A stretch of 64,000 nucleotides of DNA, taken from Camelus ferus. Lineage: Eukaryota. The stretch is from NCBI RefSeq assembly GCF_009834535.1, contig NC_045696.1:100876001-100940000 (forward strand). Reading direction: 5' to 3'. The position numbers were made by a program, and so were the translations under genes. The notes beneath the pieces are model-generated. The model was given only the letters and a program-made list of their open reading frames with translations, was not told the DNA's origin and ran no database searches. Of the stretch, positions 54,110-64,000 are shown in pieces (position 1 is the first letter of the stretch; each line of letters opens with the position of its first letter).

Positions 54110-55630
54110 TGCCACAAAAACAACAAGGTCAGGATGAGGTTCTGGGTGGCCTGGTCTTCAGGTAGTCTATGAGGATGACTAATGTCCCAAGGGGAAGGAT
54201 CGATGAGCAGAGAGGTAAAAACAGAGGTGTTGCTTAATATTTATAATCAAATGAAATGAAGAATGGGTGAGCAGAAGGTAAGGTCAACTTCTCTACTGGA
54301 AATTCACAATCTTTTGCTTAGTTTACAAACAGGAGCCAGTTCTCAGACTCAGTACATATTGAGGGAAAGAGAGGCCCCAAGTCCCCATAAGGAAGATCTC
54401 TGCAGCACTATAACAAGTACACATGGAAGAAGTTACTTTAGTCCTTCCACAAGGGGACTGAAAGCCATTATTTATTTATCCGTTTAATTTGATAATCATG
54501 CATTGAGGAATGAAGAACACCCAAATCTTTAGGAAGATATTAAATTAAGATTTGTGTTGACATACATTCCAGGTATAGTATACCTTTTCTGCCCACAGCA
54601 TCTCAGCCAGCATCAACATCCATCAGCATCCATCATAAAGATCTGTTCTACTGGTATGTATTTTTACCTAATATTGCTTCAGATGAAGGGAAGTGTAGCA
54701 TCAGGCACATGGACATGAGATTCACTGACTCACCATTCAGTGCAGTTTTCCAGAAGTTGCCAGCCTTCAGAGCAATGAGCAGCCTCTTGAGGGTGTAGCT
54801 GAAGTGCCAGCTTGAAAATGATACCTGGGGAGAACAAAGTGCACTTAGGAAGTGGCAATATCTTAAACCAATAGTCACTGCTTGGTGCTGTGTTGTCAAT
54901 AGGTAGAATACATGGGAGCGGGAGCCAAGGGGTGATGGGAGTAGCCCCAGTGACTCCCTAGAAGAATATGTGCTGCCCACCTCTGCAAATTCCAAGGGTC
55001 CAAGGGTCCAGATTCCCAGAGAGGGAAAGCTTATACCAAGACACAGAGAAGGGAAAAACAAAAAAACAAAAAAAACACCAACAACAACAAAAGAAACCTA
55101 TGATTGCTGCTAGTCACATGTAACCCCTCATGCCAGTAGGCCAGAAAGCAAAGCAATGACTCGCCAGACTAGCAAAAGTAAATTATCCTGATCATTATGA
55201 GGAGTTCAGATTGCTTCTATATATTTAAAGCAGGAGCTATTATGTTAGGCACTCAGGAAATCCAGTGAAGTAGATTTTGTTCCTCCATACACATGGGTAC
55301 TAACAAAAGGACAAAAAGAGCTCCAATCACTTGATAATGTCATTCCAACCTGACCTCAGACTCCTCAAGAATGGACTTCTGGTGACCTCACCAGACAAGC
55401 CACCTATGTTGGCAGAGGTGCTCGCCAAGTGGGAGAGGAAACTAAAATGAGAAGTAGAAGACGACGATGATGGCTATCTCTTAAAGGCTTGGAACCAAAT
55501 AAAGCACTCAGGCTGTATAGTTCTCTTCACTAACCTTTCTTTGTAACTTTGTCTGAAAACTGCAAATAACTAGAATCCTGAAGAAGTTGCAATTGAATGG
55601 AATGAAACTAATATGATGAGCCATAATAGA
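54110..55630 (+). mobile_element. ERVL-class internal region (ERV3-16A3/HERV16-like), heavily deleted
   Basis: gag-pro-like block (GAGCCAGTTCTCAGAC, CCCATAAGGAAGATCTCTGCAGCAC). Integrase-like peptides VDIHSRY (cf. IDTYSGY), PEVASL..LLRV*LKCQL and RIHGSGSQGV. Confidence 0.75.
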
Positions 55631-56061
55631 TGTGGTTTAAGCCCCATCCAGATTATCTTCCTAAACTCTCCTCCCATTCCTAGGTGCTTTGAACATTAAC
55701 TGCTAAGAGCTCACAATTGTTTCCTTTTCCAAGACATTTGCCTGCATCTGTCAGGAACCTCACTGACCGGAGGTTTCTGGAATGTTACGCATTTTCTGTT
55801 AGACAGCCCACAGCCAATGAGCAATTAGTAGTACAGAAGCTTCGCCTATCTCAGTCACAAGTCTCTGACATCATTCTTTCTCCAGAGCCTTCTGTGAAGA
55901 CAGCAGAACTTAGACTTCAGCTAACCCCATGAGTCTAGCTTCTTCCTCTGCCCAGTCTCGCTTGTCTCGTTTCAGTACGTGTCTGCCTTGCTCGCCCTTC
56001 CTCAATAAATCACTTATGCAAAACCCTCCCTCAAGCTTCTGCTTCTAGGAAACTTAAGACA
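55631..56061 (+). mobile_element. LTR16-like 3' LTR
   Basis: TG start; CCCACAGCCAATGA; ends CTCAATAAATCACTT...TCTGCTTCTAGGAAACTTAAGACA. Confidence 0.8.
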
Positions 56062-56689
56062 ATATGCATTTTTTGCATAATTTAACTATATGTGCTTTAG
56101 AAACAGAAAAGTAAAACAAAAATATAAAAAGCATAAGAGAAAGCAGCAAGAAACATAAGTATTTCACAGAATTCTGCCACCTTTTTATTAATGATCTTAT
56201 TTCCCCACGTGAGTATGAGATAAGACTGGTGAAACTTCTACTTCCTGCCTCAATTTCCATGTCCTTCTCGTGGTGTAAACATCTTGCTGTTCTCTGGATA
56301 TTCTGTCAGGATATGTCTGGTCATTAAAGAAATATTTTTCTTACAGTAATCATTTTTATGTCTGAGTCATAAATTTTATTTTTTATTCAACTAAAGAAAT
56401 AGTGATCTAATCATTTGCTTTTCTGGAGGAAAACTGGCTGCGTTGAGCTTTTGAGAGATGGTACAGTGGGTTGGTCTCTGACAAAGCACATTTTTAGGAG
56501 AATGTAATGATGTTGACTCTATATGATGTCCATATTTCTGCTTACTTTATAACCTAATCCATATCAACACATAAGCTCCTAACCACACATAACAATAAAA
56601 AAAAATCACTTAATAAGAACAAGGGAGAGAACAACATGCAGTAAATAAGGTAACAATTGCCCTTTGGGGCTTAAATTTTGGGTGAAAAA

Positions 56690-57130
56690 TGTCAACAATA
56701 CACACAAAAACCCTATACATAATGGAAATAAGTACAGATTTTAGTTAGTATTCTGAAGGAAACAGACAAAATAATGTGGTAGAGAGCAGCTGGGAGGATG
56801 GAGTAGACACAGTTACTTTAAACAACGCAGTCAGAGAAGGAGTTTCTGAGAGTCTTTAAATTGATATCTCAGTATAAAAAGGATGTAGGACGAATGAAGG
56901 TCTGAATGAAAAGGAAGTCAACATCGAAATAACCTTTACAAAGTTCCAGAGGCAAGCGGGGGCGGGGGGTTGCTGATAAATGGGTTGACTGAAAAGGAAT
57001 GCGGTTGGAGCAGAGCAAACGTGGAGATGGAGGAGGAAAAGAAAGATGGAGACACTGGTACAAAACAAGTTGTCCAAGGCCTTGTAGATCAAAGCAAGAA
57101 ATTTGGAGCTTACTGTGAAGGCAACTTTAC
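56690..57130 (-). mobile_element. L2 fragment
   Basis: CAGTCAGAGAAGGAGTTTCTGAG, AAGGCCTTGTAGATCAAAGCAAGAAATTTGGAGCTTACTGTGA. Confidence 0.7.
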
Positions 57131-57227
57131 TCAACAAACTGCAATGTATCCTGCTATGTGAAGTAAATACTGTCAAAAGCACCAGGAGAACCTGACCTAC
57201 GCCAGTCGTAATGATAGACCAACATTC

Positions 57228-57772
57228 TGCTAGGTAGTTAGGTAAGTGGGGGCACCACGCAGATAGGTGGAGGAGAGGGAGGATGGTCAAGAAGATGGAG
57301 TTATGCCCACCTCCAGCGTAAAGGGACTTTACTTCTTCTAAATGAGGACCAGCAAAAATCTGAACTTGACAGCCAAGACTGCGCCGTAGCATAAAGGACT
57401 TGACCGGACACGACCAATATTCATTGTATTGTAATCAACATTGCGGTTTAGGCTCCTCACCAAGGGTTTTTCTGCATACACCACGAGTAACACATGTGCA
57501 AAAGGGGCCAAACATGACTAAGCATTCCAGGGGCAAGAGCCGTCAATCAATCAAGAGAGCACCTCTAAGGCGAGGGTGTAAGAGAAAGGGGAGACAAAAA
57601 CCACCGCTTTTCCTCCCTGGGATCAGCCCGCCTCCTGCTCTTGGAGGTGTACTTTTCCTTTCTTTTTAAATAAGTCTTTTAAAATCTTTTGCTACACAAT
57701 GCTCCGTCTTCTGACTATAAACTTATCTTTCAAGTTTGACAAGAACTGGGGTCTTTACCTTTTAGGGTAACA
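57228..57772 (+). mobile_element. Solo LTR, probably ERV1 class, relatively young
   Basis: TGCTAGG...GGGTAACA termini, near-TSD ATTC/ATTT (4 bp), CCAAT, many retained CpGs, R/U5-like GGAGGTGTACTTTTCCTTTCTTTTTAAATAAG. Confidence 0.75.
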
Positions 57773-57974
57773 ATTTGTTTTCACATTTTGATAAATTATT
57801 CCCAAGGCAATTAAAGACTTCTGGATATTTATAAACATATCAAGATGAGGAACATGGAGGAAGTCCCATTCCTGGGCAAAAGGGTTCCACAAAATCCTAT
57901 CATTAGCAGCTTTTAAAGGGATCCCAGTACTGCCTGGTGGTATGTTTGTTTCTTTCTTGGGCTTTGCAATCACA

Positions 57975-58640
57975 TTTTAAAACACCATTTACTCTCCTCA
58001 ACTCTCCACACTTCACTCCTGCCAGGAAATAACCTTGCTTGTTTCTTCACAGAATAAATTTAGAAAGACATAAGAAAGAAAGAAACCATCAGATGAGAAC
58101 TTAAAGATGTTTCAACTACAAAATATCCAAAATTACTATATCTGCACCCCTTCTTGCTCTTCCTCATAGATGCAACAGAGGACCTGGCCCTCCTAATGTC
58201 CAACACCAGTCCTCTTACCTTAATAACCACATTATTTCCATTATCCCTTCTCTCTCTTCTGCATACAACCTCGTCTTAACAGGATCCTTTTGGACACCAT
58301 CAATATTTTCATTAAGACAAAAAAGAAACAAGATATCCTCCATCCCACATGTTCACGTGTCATCTGATCTTTCTTCTCTATTTGACAGCTAAGTCTCTGT
58401 AAGAGTTGTCACCACTCCTGTCTCTGTTTTCTCATCTCCGACTCCCTCCCAAACATATTCCACTTCTGTTCTGGCTCCATAATTTTATCAGATAAGTTGA
58501 ATTTGTTACCAATTACCTCCACATATCCAGATAGAAATAGGGATTTTTCAATCCTCGTATTGCTCGACCTGTCCACACACCCATACAACGTTTTCACTTT
58601 GCACTGGGCTCCACAGATAATCCAGCCTGTCCTGGTCTCG
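57975..58640 (+). mobile_element. L2 ORF2 (RT region) fragment
   Basis: Encodes VTNYLHIS and SILVLLDLS, matching the L2/CR1 RT motif VTNDL...LILLDLS. Confidence 0.8.
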
Positions 58641-60589
58641 TACCCTCTTTTCCTTCCCCATACTCCTTGAGAAACTAAAATAAAACATTTTGCTTTTAAT
58701 CTACATTAAGAAATTCTAAGTTTGGGAAAGGGGGAAAATACTCCCCAAGATATTGCTTATACATTTTATTTTCAACTCCAATTATTCAGCAATTATTCAG
58801 ATTTTTGAAAAGCTAAAAATCCTGCAGAATGGTGTCTTTTTCATGTAATTATTAAAATGCCTCCACTGGCTTTACTTTCGTTATATAAACTGAGGTGGGG
58901 GTAGCTGGAGAGTGAGTATATTGATGAATAAATAGGAGCTAATTTAGATGTTACCCATCTATCATTTATAGACTCAGAAATAGCCTTTATTGCCATATGT
59001 ATGAGTTGTCAGATTTCAATCAAAAAGTTGAAGCTTGTTTCTCAGTAACCAAGAGCTTCATACTGATATAATAGAAAATTTCCTCAGAGTTCCCATTTTT
59101 TTTCTGGTCAGTATCCACTGTACCTTTTCCTTGTGCATCATTTATATTTGTCAAAATGGAATTTTATATTCATAAATGCCACCCTCTTAAGTCAGCTAGT
59201 AAAGAGCATCCTATTAATTTTATGAATCTTGTAGTCTCTTCTAATATTGGTACATACCCTTTCTGATTATCAGATTTTGTTTTGTCTATCTTGAAACATA
59301 CCATGTTTGAAAAGAAAAAAGCAGTATTTCCCCAAGATAACTTGGTTATATATTCTGCTTTCAAATTTTCAATTATTAATCCCATTTATAGAGTTTTTCA
59401 AGTAACTAAATTAAAAAGTATTCTCCCCTCAGCATGAGCTTCATTCTTCTCTGTATTATGAAATTGTCTCAACTAAACACCTGTATCAAAAGCACTTTCC
59501 TTACTAATTAATTTGGTAGTTACTTATTACATTGAAACATTGAAATTTAAATGTACTAATCAAATGTTTAGTTTGTAATTGTATTACATTAACCCTGATT
59601 AAGGATGTATTTATCGCTTCAAGGATTACATTAAAATGTAAATGCTACAACTGTTGACTGATGTTAAATTACATCTATCAAATAAAGCAATTACTACTGA
59701 ACAAAGGCAATGGATCCAAAGTCTTTATGTTATGAATTTATGACTTCTTGTGTAGTAAGTGAGTATACTGACTTTCTTAAAAGAAGAGTTTCAAATGTGG
59801 AAAATTAAATAAAATATCTATAACTTATAAATCTTTACTCTAACATAAATAATTAAATTTAACACAAACTCAGTAAGTTAAAAAAATTAATAGAATTGGA
59901 TACAGAAATGTGGAAGAAAAATCTGATTCCCAGCACAAATATTCAGATCCTTTTTGTTTCTTATGTAACAGGAAGAGAGAACAAAAATTATGAAGTGTTT
60001 GAAAAGGCATCATCTTAGTTAAAAATATATTAAGATGTTTGATGAAAGGAAGAGCTTCAAAAATACCTTCTAAAATCCAAATGAATCTTAAAATAACATT
60101 CTGGAAAAATCTGTACTATCTTTGTAGTTTAACTGTTTTGATAACAGTGCGAGAGTTTTGTTGTTTGCCTTGTTTCTTTTCACTCTGAAGTTTGAGTAAT
60201 TGAGTTACTTGTGGCATATTAGGTATGCCATACTAAGTCCCATTTGTTCATTATTTAAAAAAAATAATAAAAGGAAACAAAACTTTACATACTTAAGCCA
60301 GAGCTAAAAATTAAAATTTCCTTACCTTTGGTAGTGAATGTATTATCTTAAAATTAAAAAAAAAAATCATATCTCATGGCTAATTATTTCTTGAAACCAA
60401 CTTTAGTACTTACATAAACGAATATTTCTCCTTCCAGGCACATTGGGTTCATTCTAGCCTTGCTATTTGTAACTTCCTTTACTGACAATGAGAGATGCGT
60501 CTTTTATTACTTATAACATATTTACCTATTTTTTAAATATCATACTATATACATAAACTAGTTGCAAAATTAATAACCCTGTGAGAATA

Positions 60590-62572
60590 AATCTGCTAAC
60601 TAAAGTACAATTCTTTGCTAATCCTGCTTTTTTCTGTTAGTGTTTGCATAATATATTTTTTCCATTATTTTGCCTTTAACAAATCTTTGCCTTTATAATG
60701 AAATTGGATTCCTTGCAGAAAGCATACACAGTTGAGCACTGAACAACACAGGGATGAGGGACACTGGCCCTCCATGAAGCAGAAATTCCATGTATAACTT
60801 TACAGCTGGCCTTCTGATTACACAGTTCCCCATCTGGGGATTCAACCAACCATGGATCATGTTGCACTGTAGTACATAATTTGTGAAAGAAGTCTGCTGT
60901 AAGTGGACCCACAAAGTTTAAACCCACGTTGTTCAAGGGTCAACTGTAGTTAGACTTGCTTTTTTTCGGGTCCATCCATTCTGACAATCTCTGCTTTTAA
61001 ACTTTCTCCTTAAATCTTTCATATTTAATGTGATTATTGACATAATTGGATGAAAATCTACCACATCATTGCCTGTTTTCTATTTATTTTATATTTTTTC
61101 TTCTACTTAATTCTGTTTTTATCTATATATCTGTAACAGTTTTGAACTTAGTGTTTACCATATACATTTTTATTAATCAGAATTTAACTTTAAATAATAT
61201 TATACCTCCTTTTTGTAATTCAAAGATCTTATAATAGTATATTCTCTTTCTCTTCATTTGACTATTTCTATCATTCATTTTCTTTTTACTTATTCTATGA
61301 ATACACATTGCTACTGTTACTATTTGAAGAGTCAATTGAGGGCATTCCTCTTCAAATTTCCTGTTTTCATTCTTAACCTTTCCATTTGATTTTTTCTTAC
61401 AGTTTTTTGCTCTCTGCTGAAATTACCCATCTGCTCTTGCATATTGTCCACTTTTTCCATTACAGCTTTTAATGTATTTATTAATCAGTTATTTTGCACC
61501 CTCTTCCAGATAATTCCAAAATCTGTATCATTTGTGGGTATGATTCTGTTGAATAGTGTCTTGAGAATTTGTTGATTTTCCTTATCTTTGTATATGTTTC
61601 ATAATCTTTTGTTGAAAAGTGAACATTTTGCTTAAGACAGTAGAAACTAAGATGACTAGTTTTGTACTTGGAGATGGTCACCTCTTTTTTTCTGCTGTAC
61701 CTTTAGTGTGGGGGTTACATTATATGCCTAAGGAGTTTGTTGCTATTCTTACTCTGACTACATCACAGGGTTCAAATTCCTCTAGCAGTACCTTGTGTTT
61801 AGGGTGGCAACTGGTTTGCCAGAGGGTTTCTCTCAATGTCTGTTCTGCCCTTAGCAGTAAGTCTTTTGTGTGTGCTCTGCCTCAGAGTTCTTCTCCTGCA
61901 GCTATCACAGCAGTGTTGTGTCATTTCTTTTACTTGGCATTTGCTTGCCTGGTGGTGAGGCAAGTGAGAGTGATACTCTTGGAGAGTGGTATCTCCAATT
62001 CTATTTCTGAACCCATCAGGCATTCCTGCCTCCTCCCCAAGTATTAATGTCTTTTTCTGTGTTACCATCTCTCAGCTTCCCTAAAAGCATCACTTTTTGT
62101 TGCCATTTTCCCAAAAGACTGTTGCTTTTTTGCTTTGGTGAGATAAGGGAGAAGGGGTAAGGAAGAATTCTGTGACTCTTTCTTGATTCCTGCTATTCCC
62201 CTCTCCCATACCTTCACTTAGTTGGTAACTTTTTCAGGAGTCTAGTCTTCCCTGATGGGCCTGGTCATGGGAATAAAAGCTTGCAAGAAGGTATATCTTC
62301 TTCACATCCTATGCATATACCACCTTCAGAATTTACCAGTACTTCAGTTGTTCTAACTCAACTCATTTTAGGGTCCAGCTGCATTATCCCAAGTTAAGCA
62401 AATGTTTGCAACCCTCTCTCCCTGCTGGCACATGTCTTTCCTAGACTTCAAGTTAGCTCATCTCTCTGGGTTCAAAAAAAGCTATGACAACTTGTAGCTT
62501 ATCTGATTTGTTTCTCTGTATATGGTTGACCGCTGATCTTTCTAGCTCTTTACATCCCCAGCAGAAAGTTTG
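60590..62572 (-). mobile_element. Old L1 5' half (5'UTR, ORF1 remnant, ORF2 start)
   Basis: ORF1-like QMIQILELSGRGCKIT (ORF 61481-61681), antisense EN-coding TCCTGCTTTTTTCTGTTAGTGTTTGCAT, 5'-end motif TTCTAGCTCTTTACAT...GCAGAAA. Confidence 0.8.
60729..60946. mobile_element. Tigger2-family MITE (MER8-like) nested in L1
   Basis: TIRs CAGTTGAGCACTGAACAAC and GTTGTTCAAGGGTCAACTG, followed by TA. Confidence 0.9.
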
Positions 62573-62634
62573 ATTTTGAAAGCCACATAATTCATTATTA
62601 AAAAAAAAAAAAAAACTTAGAGTAGTGAAACAGA

Positions 62635-62840
62635 ATAACTAACATTTATTGGCATCTGCAATGTGTCAGACACAATTCAGACTGCTATTTGCATATGGCA
62701 TTGTGTTTAATTTTTATAACATTTCCACTTTACAAATAGGACCCTAAACTCCCCGTGAAGGTAAGAATACTGTTAAGACATTAAAGAAGTAATTGTGGTT
62801 TTGAGCCCTTATCTGTCTTACTGAGAAATGCCACATTGTG
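62635..62840 (-). mobile_element. MIR fragment
   Basis: CTAACATTTATTGGCATCTGCAATGTGTCAGACAC...CCACTTTACAAATAGG. Confidence 0.65.
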
Positions 62841-63768
62841 CTACAGCTGTTATTTTCATGCATTAAAAATTGGAAGAGTCAAAAAAAGCTTATTTAAAAA
62901 TAATGCATTATTAAAGCATGTAAATATAGCAAAGAATATACTACTGCTAATTTTATTAGAAAATTATCCACTAAAATACTATTTATTAATGCCAGAAATC
63001 ATGTAGGATTCAGTATAGGGTCCAAACTGCAAATCTAGGCTCTTACAAAAGATAAAAAATGAACAGCCAAAACGACACACATTGTAATGTTCTCTTTTCA
63101 CCTTTCTCCTCCAACAAATGCAGTTATCAATTCTCTACCTACAAGATTAAAACATAAGGTGTATGAATTAAATTTTGTATATTGGAAACATTTAGATATT
63201 CCATGGTATGTCAGCAAAACATTTTGTGAACCAGTGAAGCATACACTGACTTTTTAGTTACCACTATTGAAAAGTCAATAATGTTTACAAAAGAAAATAA
63301 ACTTTATGCTGAATGTTTTATCATTTGACTTTCAGCTCTAGTAGAGCTGTTTATGTAACATGTATTTGAGAATACACTGCCATACTTTCAACATTTTTGA
63401 AGTTAGATAATTCTCAGAGTATTTCTCTAAATCTGATGCAACTTTTATAACCTAACAGTTATAGTGTTTCTGTTCTGAAGATGGACAAATTTAGAAATGT
63501 TCCAGCTGTCTATGAAGCTCAAATTGTTTATTGGAAAGGACTATGTGACTGAATTTTTCTTCAAATTCATAGTTAGGATATCAGACACTGAGATATCTTA
63601 ATACATAAAGATTTTCAGCATGCAGAAATATCTCGACATTATGTTGAGTGCTACCATTAAGAATAAAAAAAACTTCACTATTTTCCAGAATCATAAAGTT
63701 AACACATGTATTTAGTAGTATCTAAGTTGAAAGAGTGAAAAACTCTAAGAATTTCCTTCATCACTATT

Positions 63769-63892
63769 TGTGGTTGACTGAAAAATGGTCCACCCAAAGA
63801 TATGCATGTCCTAATCACTGGAACTGGTGTATGTTACTTTACAAAGCAGAGTCTTTGCAGATGGGATGAAGTTAAGGATCCTGAAATGCGGA
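63769..63892 (+). mobile_element. MaLR LTR 5' part (MLT1C/D-like)
   Basis: TGTGGTTGACTGAAAAATGG...CCCAAAGATATGCATGTCCTAATC...GTCTTTGCAGATG...GTTAAGGATC. Confidence 0.85.
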
Positions 63893-64000
63893 TGCTATGG
63901 TCTGAATATCTGTGACCCCAAAACTTATATATTGAATCCTAATGCCCAATGTGATAGTATTAGGAAGTATGGTCTTTGGGAGCTTAGATCATGAGGGTGG
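63893..64000 (+). mobile_element. Second MaLR LTR (MLT1A-like) nested in the first; runs off the window
   Basis: New LTR start TGCTATGGTCTGAATATCTGTGACCCCAAAACTTATAT...CCCAATGTGATAGTATTAGGA. Confidence 0.8.

Noticed and set aside
56856..57392. Longest ORF (178 aa, minus)
   Set aside because: It spans an L2 fragment and the solo-LTR boundary, so it is a chance open frame.
1..64000. CRISPR array, operon-like system or non-retroviral endogenous viral element
   Set aside because: No regularly spaced repeats, no long ORFs and no viral protein motifs beyond retroelements were seen. A very decayed EVE could only be excluded by tBLASTn.

Overview
This is 64 kb of AT-rich, CpG-depleted placental-mammal genomic DNA, most likely camelid, judging from a tRNA-derived SINE resembling camelid vic-1 and a young L1 3' end. 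I recognise no host protein-coding gene or RNA gene. The ORFs with recognisable peptides are retroelement remnants (L1 ORF1/ORF2, L2 ORF2); ERVL integrase motifs also appear on manual translation. The window is intergenic or deep intronic and is layered with interspersed repeats: old and young L1, L2, MIR, MaLR/ERVL/ERV1 LTRs, hAT and Tigger MITEs, with several nested insertions. Points worth follow-up are a CpG-retaining promoter-like block at about 14.4-15.3 kb, a few motif-dense unique blocks, an exon-like 153-nt segment on the minus strand, and a 1.35-kb TSD-flanked L1 that keeps both termini but lacks most of its interior. I found no convincing novel biological system. Repeat subfamily names come from recalled consensus similarity, not a database search, and boundaries of old repeats are approximate.
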